Below, piece after piece: positions 12,576 through 25,812 of a stretch of 64,000 bases of DNA (the first letter of the stretch is position 1; the number at the start of each line of letters is the position of its first letter). A model generated the notes under the pieces. The model was not told where the DNA came from. It ran no database searches and was given only the letters and a program-made list of their open reading frames with translations. The DNA is taken from assembly GCF_009914755.1 (NCBI RefSeq), contig NC_060927.1, one strand, 5' to 3'. The translations under genes and the position numbers were made by a program. Source of the DNA: the human T2T-CHM13v2.0 reference genome, Homo sapiens.

Positions 12576-13178
12576 TCTCTGAAATATTCCTGCCAAAAAA
12601 TGTCTCTAATTTATATCAAGGAAGGCCTATAGGCCCAACTTTCAGTTTACAGGAAACAAAGAATAGAAGAAAAAGTTAAATCACCACAAGAAAACAATGA
12701 CATTTTATATGACAATTGGCCTGCTCTCCAGCAAGTTAGTGTCATGCAAAAAAATACGTGGGAGGGGTTGAGGGGGAGAGGAGAAAGGGTGGTATTGGTT
12801 TGGATTCTAAGAATTATAAGAGTCATCATATCCAAATGTAATGTGTGGTCTTAATTGGATCATGGTTTAAACAAACCCAGCTATAAAATATTTATTGGAT
12901 AGATTATGAATTGGGTTTTAGGCAATATTAGGAAATATTTGTTAATTATATTAGTCGTGATACTGAAAAATTGTCATTATACAGAAAGTATTCTTATTAA
13001 ACACTTAAAGTGTCTAGAGGTGAAATGTAATGTCTGTAATTTACTTGGAAAAACTTCAGCAGAAAAAAGCATATGAGGCAAATGTTAAAAATTATTAAAT
13101 CTAAGTGATGGGTACATGGGTGTTGGTTACACAATTCTCTTTTCTTTTACCGTGTGTTTGAAAATCTTCATAATAAGA
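12576..13178 (+). mobile_element. Old L1M (L1MC/L1ME-like) 3'UTR
   Basis: CCAAATGTAATGTGTGGTCTTAATTGGATC...GGCAAATGTTAA...GATGGGTACATGGGTG...GTTTGAAAATCTTCATAATAA. Confidence 0.75.
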
Positions 13179-14169
13179 GGGAAAATTATTTTTGATTATA
13201 TTAAGTATAATTGTTATATTTGGCTCCAGTAATTTAATTTTTTATCTCCATCCTGTTTTAATCCATAGAAAATAGGCTCTTTTATTTGTTCACTATATTT
13301 CTCCTAGTTTAACTCAGTAGATGGCAAAATAGAGAGCCAGTGGGGCTACAGTAACATCTTAAAATAAGTTCCCATTTAATAAAAGCCCTACTTATAATAC
13401 TATCAACATAATTGACAATTTCTTAGACTAGAGATCATTATCCAGTGAGCCATAGCAAGTTGTGAAGCAGGGACAGAATAATAGATTTAGATTTCAATTT
13501 ATGAAGCCCTTTGTAAAAGCTGCAGGAATTGGAAACATTAAAAATTTTCAAGACATCTCTACCTGTCTCTCTAACATGCTGCAACACTGTAGAAAGTTTA
13601 TTTTACATGAGCAATTTCTGTTCACAATATTCTAATTATGAGTATCAAATGGAGCTTCACCTTCCACCACCCCAGTGATTCATAGCATTCGTGTCAGCTA
13701 AGTTAAACTCTGTTTTGTCTGGTTAAAATGATTTGGTATTTTGCACAAACAGATCACAACTTCTTTCCTCCCCATTCATAAAGGAAGTCTCTCTTCCTCC
13801 CCTCAGAGTGGTATTCATGCAGGTCAGCCCTTCTGCTCTCTTCACCAGCTGTTTTGCCCTCTTTTCCTCAAATGTATTATCATCGTTTCACTGCATTCTG
13901 CTATTTTAAATCAAGAGAGCCCCACAGTCAAGGACAGCATTACTCTTTTCCACCTAGTGCTTTCCTTAATGTTTGTTGAAGAAAGACACTTACTAGTGAT
14001 TAAAACAATAGGAATATGGAGAAAGAACATGATTTAAGATAAGCATTTGTTCAGGGACATTTCTTAGGGCTCAGATCTTGTGTATAGGTCTGTGGTGGGG
14101 ATTGCAGGATGTGGAATGGAGTATACTAGAAAGGATGGTGTAAATTCAAAAGACACAAACATTGAGTTG

Positions 14170-14292
14170 TTTTATTAGCTGCTCTGTGACCTTGGGCAAG
14201 CCACTTAACATTTCTTAGCCTCAGTTTCCCCAACTGCTCAGTGAGGAGTTCAGATCAAATTATTCCAAGATTGTATAAGTTCTAATATTTAA
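14170..14292 (+). mobile_element. MIR/MIR3 relic
   Basis: TGTGACCTTGGGCAAGCCACTTAAC...GCCTCAGTTTCCCCA. Confidence 0.82.
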
Positions 14293-17186
14293 CAACTGCT
14301 TTTAAAACCTTATAAGTCTGTTATAGATAATAAGACATTAACTGTGCCATTATTAGATGAATAACATATAATAGGAGAAAAGCTCTCAACCATTAAGAAA
14401 ATATTTGATTTAAAACTATGAAATGTTTATCAAAAAAAGTTGGAGAAAACTAATGTTTCCAAGAGATATAATATAGCTAATAAATATGCACAAAATACTG
14501 CTTTTGTCTTCTATTGACAAGAGAATGAAGATGGAGTCCCTGATGAAAGATAATAAGCAGATCTGTTGGATTTCTCTGAACAGCAAAAGGTCCCATAACA
14601 ATTTGGGAAATTTAATCAGTGAGCAAGACCATATCAAGTCAAATGCATTTTTGCCGAAGCACGAGAGGTAAAAATAGGATCAACCAAATTCACATTCAGA
14701 TGTATCATTGTAGCTGCAAGTGCTTTCCCCCCATAGGTCTGCTTTCATCTCTCACCTATTTGTATTCACTAATACTCTCTCATTGTCCTTAATTTTTCCC
14801 CAATTATTTTTTTTTATTAAAAACAGACACAACAGATTAAGGATGTAAAGTTGAATAGCACAGCGCATTAGTCAAAACAGACCTTTGAAATGGCACACAA
14901 TAGTTCCCCAAGGTGGTTTGTTTTATCCCCTTTCAGAGTTGGGCTTCTCCCTCACTCCACCTTTCCTGTCTTAGTCAGGCTTTGTACCAACCAACTCCCC
15001 TCAGCTTGGACCAGGTAGGGTCAGCTGGAGGTGAAGCCCTAGTGAGGTGATGGGAAAAAGCACAGTCTGGCTCGGGATGGGACTCTCTCATGGTATCATT
15101 TAGAGGTCATGGTTTTTACCCTAGCAGATTTTCATAGGGTCCTTCATTAAAAATTAAGATTCTACTACATTACAGAACAGTTTGGCAGGCTACTAGAAAT
15201 TGCCATAAATAATTTATCAGCTCGTCCATTCTGATTTCTTCCAAATACTATCTTTGTTATTTTTAGCACAAAGGAAATCATATCTAACTATTGAGTTCAG
15301 TGGAGATGGAAGAAAATGCCACCAAGTATAGCATTTAACCAAATTATGGGAAAGCATTTTAATTATCTTCATATCTTATTATATCAATAAATGATAGACA
15401 ATATATGATTGAATTTAGTGGTGTGGACCCTGTACTTAACAGGAAAATGTCATTTGAATTAAAAGAAAGCAGACTATTGAAGCTCCAGGAAGGATTGGCT
15501 GAAATAGATGATCCCTAAATTATATGACTCAATTCAACCAACATTAATTGAGCCCTCTTATGGTGTACAAAATAAGTGAGTCAAATTCTTCTCCATATAG
15601 ACCTCTCAGTGTAGCAGATATTGCTGAATAAATTGACTGGTTGGAATACAAATTGCACATTCCCATGAGAATGATATAATCTATGTAATAAAGGTCAGAT
15701 CACAACAAAACCCCTTAGCCCATACTGTGAATTTCATCTAGAATTCTCAGAGTTGTTTGGAAGCCTCACACTGAACGACTCTGTTTCCATCAGAAAGATA
15801 ATTCTTTGATTCAACTCAGGACAGAAAGACATTTCCTGTAGGGGTGTTTCTACCACCTTTCCTGGCAAGTGCAGTAAAGATGGGAGAACAGTGGTTGAGG
15901 CTGGAACTAAAGAGGAAGTAGAAAAGTGAAGTGGCTGTGGGGCCAGTGTGTATTCATGGTGATCCTGGTGGCAAAGGCAAGAGGCGTGGGTGAGCTCCAG
16001 TCATGGAGAGGAGTCAGTCAGTAGGGCTGATTATGTAGGGATAGCACATGCCTCCCAAGCACTAGTCTAGTAGAGGGGTTTGAAGGGGTTATACTAATAA
16101 AAACAAAATAGTGTTCATCTGCCTGGATCTCTACCCACAGAATAGTGGCAACTCACACTCAAGATGTTTTGTGTGCTCTAGAATACAGGTTCCACACCAC
16201 AAAGGGCTGCCCATTCTGGTCTCAACAATGACTAGACTAAACACCCCTGTGTACCAAGTCAACTCCTCTGCCACTATGACTCTTTTCTGCTTGTAACACT
16301 AGCTATGTGGGTCCCAGATGACACCAGGAAAACCATCAGTGCCTTCTGATGTGTAGCAAAACCTCTAATCCTTGATTTAATTTGGCTTCTAGTAGTCTCA
16401 GAAGTATAGAGAAAAAGATACCAAGCCACATCCTCCTGCCTCCATTACACTCTGTTAGTGGGCTCACAAGGCAGTTCTGACTTACATTTCTTAGCATTAG
16501 GCTGCAGTAATTCAGCTATATTAATACATCTTCCCTGTTAAAGCAGCAGTATGAAGCCGAAGCCAGAAAACAATCTGAGTAAGATACAGAATGATACACC
16601 ATTGTTACTGGACCCATTCTGTAAATCTCATTCTCTTAGTTTGTGAAGTTTCCTTCCATGAGATTCCTCATTCTCTCCTCTTAAGAAATCTCTGATGGCC
16701 TGTCCTGCCAACCTCCAGACCATATCTAAGTTTGTATCAGTATACAATACCTGAGGTCGTTGCTCCAGGATCCTTGTTAAAAATGAACAGTTTATGAGTT
16801 TGTGTTTATAAGACAGGGAATTCCTTCATACAAGTATTTCATAAAAGAATAACAATGTTCAGAACATAAATTGAATTAAAAATGTTTTGTTTACTAACAT
16901 ATAATCATGTTCTAAACTCCCTGGAGCACAACTTCATGAAGTTGTTCCAGTTTTCTGTTTTTTTAACTATTTCTAAGTCTTACTGGAAAGGATAAAATGG
17001 GCTATTTAGGGGACTGTTAGGAGGGATGGAAAGAGAAAGAGTGCTTCAAGAATGTCATAGGGTGTGGCAAAGAGATAGAAAGGGGGTGTCAAACCAAGAC
17101 TGCCTTAGAATTATGCTACCTACAAGCTACGGGCACCAAGAGCAACTCCGGTGGCTATGCATGTATAATTGCTTCAGCAACAATCT

Positions 17187-17435
17187 CAATAATCACTAAC
17201 ACTGGCATGGTGCTTACAGTTAATGAAATAAGAGCACATTCATTATCTCACTTAAACCCCACAATAACCCAGTGAAGTGATTTATTATTATTCCCAGTTG
17301 ACAAATGAAAAACTGAGCTTAAAAAGACTAAGTAACTTGTCCCAGATTTTCCCAAGTAGGAAAGAAAGCTAAGGCCCAAACCGAGGTTTTCTAAGATTAA
17401 ATCCCATTATCTACCCATTGGCACATACTGCTTCC
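17187..17435 (-). mobile_element. MIR SINE relic, near full length
   Basis: ATTATCTCACTTAAACCCCACAATAACCC...ACAAATGAAAAACTGAG...AAGTAACTTGTCC. Confidence 0.85.
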
Positions 17436-17436
17436 A

Positions 17437-17945
17437 TGTTCATTCATGGACATTCACTCCACAATTTCTCATTAAGGGCCTACTTAGTGCTAGTTACTGT
17501 TCTAGACCCTTAGGGGAAGGATGTTTAAAAATGAGCACCCTCAGAAGATTGTCTTTTTAACTTAACTTTTTATTTTGAAGTGATGGCAGCTTCACAGGAA
17601 GTTGCAAATAGGAAAAAAAAAAAGAAAAAAGAAAAAACTCAGGGAACTTTTTACCCAGATGGGAAAATAATGTTTATCCATAGGTGTCTACAATGCAGCC
17701 CAGAATGCGTTCTTGTTCTATGCTAACAGAGGGACTCTAGGAAGATTTGGGCAGGAGTGATCATATTTGGGTAATTGGGTAAGGCTTGCTTAAAGAAGAG
17801 GAATTTGGATTGACCTGGAAAAGATGAGTATAATTTCTATAAACACACACAGAAGTAGACGGGAAAAGCATTCCAGGGACAGACACTAACTTGGGCAAAG
17901 ATACAGAGATGGGAAAGTGCAGGGCAGGTTTAGGAAAATAGAAAA
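17437..17945 (-). mobile_element. L2 relic interrupted by a short L1M 3' fragment (~17555-17612)
   Basis: TTCATTCA...GGCCTACT; GGAAAAGCATTCCAGGGACAG...GCAAAGATACAGAG; insert TTTTATTTTGAAG...TTCACAGGAAGTTGCAAA. Confidence 0.6.
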
Positions 17946-19114
17946 TGTCCAAGGGGGAGAAAAAGTATATTTTTAATAAGCTTAAATTCCAAGCTATTCT
18001 CTATGGTGTGTTCTGTTTAAAGGTCAACATGAATGGAGAGAGATGGACTTAGCCCCTTTTCTTGAACATCCACAGGGGTGGCTCAGAACTCTCAGGGCTA
18101 AGAAAGCTACAGCTTTGTATTTCTCTGGTACAGAAATCCAAAGGACTTTTATTTGTAGAATGAAGAAGGCATTCTCAAAGTTTTTCTTAGAAAAGTGATA
18201 CAGTAAGGATGAGCAGATACTTAGTAAACTAAGTAAAAATGGGTTTCCAGAATGCTGTTTCTCCTTTTCCTAATTCAGACCAGTATATTTTCTGTCTTTT
18301 CACTTACCCACCTAACCTAGCCTTGCACCAAAACAGACTTAAGGTTCTTACAATAATGCACACAATTCAGCAATATAGGTTAAATTAAAAATAAAACGAG
18401 GCAAATATATTTATCAAAGGGATGCTGTGCAGATATTGTTCATTCCATTACTCAGAACCCTTTCTAAGAACAGCTAAAGGAGATATTTCTTTCTGGTCTC
18501 TTTATCTACATTTTTGTTCTTTGTTTGAAAAATTGATTTGTTTTTATTTTTATGTATATACTGAATCTTATAACTAACAGTGTTTCCTTCCTTTTATTGG
18601 CTTCTAGAAATGGCAGAGCCGAATTTGTGCCTTACCTTTAGGAAATATAAAAAAGATTTCATGGCTTAAATTTTGTGCATCAACCTCACTTTTGGCTCTA
18701 TAGCCATGAAAAATGTTTTGCCCTCTGATCAATCTAAAGTTAAGAAACATAGAAAGTATGCTAAGTTATCTGTGTAGGTTTTTTTCTTAAGAAAATTTGC
18801 AAGAGTGTTTTCAAGCAGGACAAATATAATTTCACTAGGAAAATAGAATTTGGATATCTCCACTATGAAAAGCTGTAGTTGAGTCAGAAAATAGCAAATC
18901 CATTGTGTCCCTTTTTTTAAAACAATCAATCTTTTTGAATTTTCCCCAACAATTCCCCACCCACACCTCCACCTCACCCCAAATAGTCTTCAAATAAGCA
19001 TTTGGGAAAAAAGTATTAATAATAAAGCCAATCTCTTCAGGCACTTTCACACATACAGCACCACTGTCAGGTTGAGAGTCTTCAATAAAATATTTTTAGT
19101 ATGTACATTATATA

Positions 19115-19190
19115 ACACTGTCTCCATAGAGAGCCAAACCACAATACCTTGTTCAGAATAGGTGCTTAATAAATACTTGTTAATTATATT
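19115..19190 (+). mobile_element. L2 3' terminus
   Basis: ATAGGTGCTTAATAAATACTTGTT. Confidence 0.55.
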
Positions 19191-19530
19191 TAATGTGTGT
19201 GTGCATGCCTGTTTACATTGGACCCACCGATAAAAAGGATTTTTGTATTGCAAGCAAAATACAAAAATTTATTTACAATCACTCAATGCTATCCTCAACT
19301 CTAATACAGCTATAGCTGAACCTAGTTACACAGTAAGCAGAAGCTTTCTTTTAATCCAATGAGCCTTGTAGCTTTGATAAACTTAAGTCTGTCCTTCCTG
19401 ATATTTGTTTTGCTGTAACCACTGCCTTGTCTATGGGCTCTTGATAATAAAGTATTTATGGGTCTTCCATCGGGGAAAAAGAATCACAGATGCAGCTTTT
19501 CTGGTTGCTCCCCGACTCTACCTGTTTCAG

Positions 19531-19613
19531 GGTGTGGAGGAGAGGGAACTAGAATCCACAAAAGGATTCAGTTCTGGCTGCCTTCCTTCACCTGTTCAGC
19601 AGGTGGGCCCCAG
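19531..19613 (+). other. Candidate exon followed by a 159-nt intron-like segment (unverified)
   Basis: CCTGTTTCAG acceptor, CAG|GTGAGC donor, downstream TTTCTGCAG|G acceptor at 19772. Confidence 0.3.
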
Positions 19614-20589
19614 GTGAGCGCCAGACTCCTGGGTTCGGCAGAGTTACTCTGCTCCTTTGTTTAATCACCAGTTGCTTTCTCTGCCTGTTTGTTTTTCTGG
19701 TTTGGTTTCCTGTCCTGTTCATTACTCAGTTCGTTCTTCCTTGTTTGTTCTGTCTCCTGTGTGTTTCTGCAGGTTACCTTGCTCCTCAGCACCGGAAGGC
19801 TAATATCCTTTGTTCCTTGTAATCTGCTTTCCCATGGTGGCAGGGAGTTGGTAGACACATGCATACATGTTTGGTGTACAGGGAGAAGGCTAAAGAGTTA
19901 CCTGAGCATGATGAGTTTGTAGAAATGGCCATATCTTTGGTAAAGGAGCAATTCTCACCTTCCTCCTTGACCCTTACGTACTCAAAGGATTTCTAAAGAG
20001 AAATCTTTGGAGTAGGGGGTTGACACTCTTGAGTGCTAGTTTGGTTATGTTTTGTTTTGTGTTTTAACTTCTTAACTCAGCATACTTTTTACCAAGTAAA
20101 CATGAACTTGTGGTGTTTAGAAATTTGAACACAACAGCAAACTGCTGTACAAAATTGCTCTCTCTGAAAAACAATTCCTATAACCAACTGCAAAAAAAAG
20201 TGAGAGATTTCTGTGGTCTCAGCTGTCACACACAGAATCATTTGCCCCTGGTAAGGGCAATTGTTGAATATGTGATCATTTAAAGTGTTGGGACAAAAGC
20301 ATAGGATGAGATGATTTTTAAGTTCCACTGCCTGTTTTTGAGCTTGTTTTAAATTTAATTTGAACAAACCCAGGCTGCTCAAATCAGAAATTTGGGCTCA
20401 CAAAAGAATCTTGATTATTATGAACCCCACTAATTTGGAATTTTTTTAGCATTTGGAATCATTCTAATGGACTTAACAAGAGTGTACTTTATATAACCCG
20501 AGGGGAAAAGCAAACTCAAAATTTTGAATATAAAATGCAGCTATCAGAATGCTTAGGCAAAATTGTTTCTAAGTCCTATAAAGAGTAAC

Positions 20590-20750
20590 CCAAACCTCTC
20601 AAGTCTTAGAAAAATCACTTAATAAAAATGGTGAAATCTTCACTCCTGGAGATTGTGATGCAGTTGGTCTGAGGTGGGAATTGGAAAGCTATATTTTAGT
20701 GAATGCTCTTCAGATGATTCTTACTATTAGACAAGTTTCAGAAACCCTTC
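20590..20750. mobile_element. MER5-family hAT-Charlie relic
   Basis: GAGATTGTGATGCAGTTGGTCTGAGGTGGG...CAGATGATTCT...AAGTTTCAGAAACC. Confidence 0.6.
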
Positions 20751-20899
20751 TTTTGAAGCATCCACCAAAAATTTATACAAAAATTACAAACCAGTATTCT
20801 CCATTGAGAAACCAACTTTCCTCTGCCACAAATTTCACTACTTAGGAAATACCAAGAATCTAGTTATAATCATTGATTATACCTGAAAGTAATAATTCA

Positions 20900-21297
20900 A
20901 TTCCCAAAGCAAGCATCTCTTCAACACCTCACTGTGCAAAAGATTGCCCTAGGTACTAAGGATTAATACAAAAGTCAGTTCTTGCCCTTGAAAAGCTAAT
21001 TATCTAGTGATAAAGTTACACTTATTTATTCAGTATTTCTGAAGCATCTTGAATAAATTTTTTCTGAGTTATTTATTCTTTAAATCAATATGTACAGAAT
21101 TTCTATTTTATGCCAGGCACTGGGCTGGGTAACTTGGGAACGTCTTCCCTGTCCTTAAGGAGCAAGTGTGGAGGAAAATCAAATAAGCTGACAAGTGACA
21201 GTATATAGACTTTACCTGCTATGACAGAGGCAAGCCTGGAGTGCTGCTGTGAGAACAAGGGGAAAGGGTCCCAGATCTAGCCAAAGAGGTGTGTGTG

Positions 21298-21338
<41 letters not shown>

Positions 21339-21520
21339 CAGGAGTACAGGGAGGTAAATACAAGTTTACCTCAAGGCCTAGTGGGTAAATACAAGTTACT
21401 GGGGTGAGACAGGCATGAAAGAGTTTTCCTAGCAAAAAGGCATGTCATGTAGAAAGGCATGGAAGCAAGAGACCTGCGTGATGGGTGATGCCAAGTCATT
21501 GAATAGGACCAGAGCTACAT
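20900..21520 (-). mobile_element. L2 relics
   Basis: TATGCCAGGCACTGGGCTGGGT...CCCTGTCCTTAAGGAGC...AAAGGCATGGAAGCAAGA. Confidence 0.65.
21301..21336. repeat. (TG)18 microsatellite
   Basis: 18 perfect TG units preceded by GTGTGTGTGGAG. Confidence 0.98.
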
Positions 21521-22574
21521 TCCTCCTACTTAGGATTATTGATATACAACCTCATTCTAGTAATCAGATATCGGCCTACTAGGGAAGGGGCCAAAACAAA
21601 CCAAACTTTTCTTCATCAAAAAAAGTGGTCTGTACACTTGTATACTTGTGTGCCAGGATTTAACTCCATATTGGAATTTTGTTGTAGAGCTGTTATTTTG
21701 AATAAGAAAATAAATCTAATATAATCAGATGAATTCAGGAGTGAGAAAGACAGAGGAAGAAAGAGAGAGGTAGAGAGAGAGAAGGCAAATCATATACTTT
21801 CACATCTTCAGAATTCAAATCACTTTACTACTTCTGTGATTTGAATGTTGTGTTTAGAGTCAATTTTCTTCATAAAAATCATCAATAATATAAAATTGCC
21901 GCTCTAGACCTGCCTATTAGTTGTTGCTAAACAAAGCTGTTTTCATTTCTTTACATTTAACAATTCCTATGTAAACTCATTTTACTAATAAAACCAATAT
22001 TCACTTTAACTTCACCTATGTCCACCTTTTCTCAATTTTTCCCCTTTAAAGCATTCATGGTTTTAGTTAGAGCAAGAGCAAATGAATGAATGTTTGAGTT
22101 GAAAATGACCCTAATACAACCATTGTCCAAAAAATTGGACCAATTTTATTATAATTATTTTACTATTTTATAACATATTGAGATAACACAATTGTTCAAT
22201 ATTGGGGTGTTCATGAATCAAATCTTTTAACATATTAAGGGTTTGGAATTTTAAGTTTGCACTTATTAACCACAATTTATAGCTACAAAATATATTTAGG
22301 GATATCTGACCAGAGTTGCCCTGTTCTCATTAGCTATATATAACATACCACACATCACCTTTCAGAAATTTGAATTAGAGAGCTGGGTTTGTCCCAGAAA
22401 GCTGCCTCAGGGAAGCTAGTAGAAGAATGATGTACTTTTACTTCTGTGTCAGTCAATCCCTGTTGTAGACAATATCACGTTACTTCCTTTTTACAAATCA
22501 GACACAATTCCTGCTGCAATGAATTTCTAACAGAAAATAATAGGAATATATCATTTTGGTTTTTCTTTTCAATC

Positions 22575-23010
22575 ATGCAATCAATCAAACACTTATTGAA
22601 ATACTGCAATCAAGAAACAAGATAAACAAATATTTACTGAGCCCAGTAACTTTGGGAAGTCTCCTGTTTCCTCAAGGATCTTACCTCTTAGCATTGTAAT
22701 CAGTGTACTGGGAGGGTCAGAAGACATGTAAAATGTAGCCCAATTTTTAAACATGCAAATAACCTGGTTGGGAAGGTCAAACCAACACACATTAAACAGA
22801 AAAATAAGCTGAGCACAGTGTGGCTTTTGGATACTCTGGAGTTGACTATTGCTATTGGTGAGTTGTAAAGAATAAGGCTAGAAACATAGGATGTGAGCTG
22901 GATTATAGATCTTGAAAGCTAAAAAGAGGTGCTTATTAGCAGGAGGGAGCCACTGTGAGTTCCTGAGTCTGGAATGACATAATGAAATTGCACTTTAGGA
23001 AGATTTTTAG
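22575..23010 (-). mobile_element. L2 relic
   Basis: CAATCAAACACTTATTGA...GGGAGCCACTG...AATGACATAATGAAATTGCACTTTAGGAAGAT. Confidence 0.6.
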
Positions 23011-23905
23011 GTCTTTAATTATTTCCTCCCACTTCTCATTCATCTGGGAGCCAAGTAATAGTATAAATTATGCATCTCAAAAATTGTCATCTGATTTAAC
23101 TAATGGACCGTGAAATGTAAAACACAGTGTCTCCTCACATTTAAAGATGATGAAGCCAACGGCTGGTGGGATCAATGTCTATGTAAAACAGGCCCGAGGT
23201 GATTTTAGACCTCAGACAGACAAACTTTGATCTACTAAAGACTACTACAATTAGCAATAGTAGCCTAAAGCAAGAAACCTTCTTGTTTCTGTAATCAAAC
23301 TGTCCCTTAAGAAAGATTGACAAATATATAAAATGTGTGCCAATTCTTCCTAACTCTCAGGCCTAGAGCTGGTATCACTAACGGATGACTGGATTCTTTT
23401 TTTGCTATGTTCTGATTGGCCTCAGAGTATTTCTCAAAAGCTCTATAGGAAGCATCTAACTATTGATTGGAGTGGTCCCTGAAGATAAAAACTGTTTGTT
23501 ACTCTGCACTAACAGGTAACTTTGCCTAAAACAATGGCTAACAAATTCTCCCAATTAACTGTGCCCACTTACTAACAACATCTTTTTGTAATCCCACAAT
23601 ATCTTTGTGTCCCTTGGTTTATTATTTAACACTAGAAGAAAGGATTCTGAAAATTCTCTCATCCTTAGATGCAGTATAATATATTAAAAGAGTGATTTGT
23701 GTCACCTGAGTAGGTCACAGTTCAGGTAAACAGACACAAGTGCGCTAACAGCACCTTGCTAGAGAACTCCTCAGAATGAAGTCTGAGTGACAAGAGGACC
23801 TCAGAAGACCTGTCTCTTTCTGCCCTTCTAGGGTGTGCTGAATGGCAATTAGAGAAGTGTAAAATGCTTCCATGGGAGACAGAATATTGAACGCTGAAGA
23901 TGATG

Positions 23906-24122
23906 GTAATCAAAAATTATTGAGTGTTTACTATGTGCTACTCATCTAAAAGCTTTCTCAACACTATCTCATGTAATCGTCACTGTAACTCAGTGATATA
24001 GCTATTAGATCCCATTTTACAAACCAGGAAATTGAGATTCAGAGAAATGAAGGAACTTTTCCCAGGCCATACAACTATTAAGTAGCAGAAACGTGGTTTG
24101 CACTTAATTCTGTTCGATTCCA
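23906..24122 (-). mobile_element. MIR SINE relic
   Basis: TTATTGAGTGTTTACTATGTGC...CCCATTTTACAAACCAGGAAATTGAGATTCAGAGA. Confidence 0.85.
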
Positions 24123-24127
24123 CTACT

Positions 24128-24330
24128 AGCACTGTTCAATGAAACCTTTCATGATGATGAAAATGGTCCATATCTACAGTGTCCAGTACAATAGCCACTA
24201 GCCACATGTGGCTGTTAAGGACTTGAAATGTGGCTAATGCAACCAAGTAACTAAATATTAACTTTGTTTAATTTATATTTAAATATGAATAGCCATATGC
24301 GACTGGTGGCTACTGTATTAAACAGCATAG
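24128..24330. mobile_element. MER3-like hAT-Charlie element
   Basis: GCACTGTTCAAT...TAGCCACTAGCCACATGTGGCTGTT...ACTTGAAATGTGGCTA...GTGGCTACTGTATT. Confidence 0.85.
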
Positions 24331-24331
24331 C

Positions 24332-24435
24332 ACTGGACTATGAACCCTATGAGGACACGTGCCACGTTGTTTGGCTGATGACCATATCAACATTTAGCAC
24401 AAGAGTCTAGCATACTTAATAGACAATAATATTTT
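24332..24435 (+). mobile_element. L2 3' terminus
   Basis: CTGGACTATGAACCCTATGAGG...TAGCACA... Confidence 0.55.
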
Positions 24436-24987
24436 AAACAAACAAGTTTAAAATTTGTGCACATAATTCACGTAGAAATCTTATCCCCAAAACACCAACT
24501 CCTTGGACAACTCACTGAAGTTCCTCATGCTTTAAGACTCACCATCACCACCAGGATAAAAGAGGATAATAATGAAGATAGTGTTATTTCTCTACTTCAG
24601 TATGCGAGGAAAAACTAATCAAAATAAGCCAATTTTGTGAAGAAAATTTTACCTGTAAATCATTGATCAACCAGAGGATAAAACCTAGTTCTTTTCATCT
24701 TTCTCAGCAGAAGAAAATACATTTTTACTTGATACGAAGAAGCCAAGTGAGTTAGAAGGTATCTGCCTCTTTTCCAAATGGAATAGAAAACCATTTCTCT
24801 CAATAAATGTTTATAAATATGACAATACCCATCACTGGAACCAAAAGGAAGTCAAAATGTAGTTTAAGAGCATATGGATAATTCCAAAAGCGTATCTTCA
24901 AAAGAGAAAAACGCGATGCACATTTTTTTTTTTGCCTGCATGATGTCAAAAATCTAGATTTATTTCCCCTCATAGAAATATATTACA

Positions 24988-25302
<315 letters not shown>

Positions 25303-25524
25303 TTACATAACTCATTTCAAAGGTAGCTTTAATTAAATACTTTTACATCTTACTAATAGAAAATAATGTCCATACTAATGTGAGATGGTACTGGGGTGGC
25401 AACTGTTCATAGCTATTTTATTGGAGACAATTTGCAAAGGTACAGTAAGAAACTTTATCAAATCTTCCTAAAGCAAGAAGGCGCTCTCCTGATACCTTTA
25501 CTTTTGGTCAAGTTTCTATGAAAT

Positions 25525-25703
25525 CAGTGTGTTCCAAACTTGAATGGGCATAAAACTACTAAGGAAGCTTGCTAAAAAGGCAAACTCAGTCGCCACTTAC
25601 AGAGGTTCTGATTCATGAGGTCTTAGGAGGGCCCAGGAGTCTGGATTTAAGCAACCCTTGTCATTTTGGTTCAGAACTTAGTACCACACACTTAGAAACG
25701 CTG
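25525..25703. mobile_element. MER5-family hAT-Charlie relic
   Basis: Degenerate TIRs CAGTG..TCCAAACTT / CTTAGAAACGCTG; internal AGAGGTTCTGATTCA...GGGCCCAGGAGTCTG. Confidence 0.7.
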
Positions 25704-25812
25704 TAAATTATTCATGGTAATTCAACTAAGGGAACAGGAAAAGATTTACTTGATAGAATGTCTCCTTTCTCAGGAAGCATGCAAAATTGAAATGCTTGGG
25801 TCAAGGATACAC

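Noticed and set aside
23832-23905. Exon-like unit (CCCTTCTAG ... ATG|GTAATC)
   Set aside because: Stops in all three frames, and the donor is at a MIR edge; a chance pseudoexon is likely.
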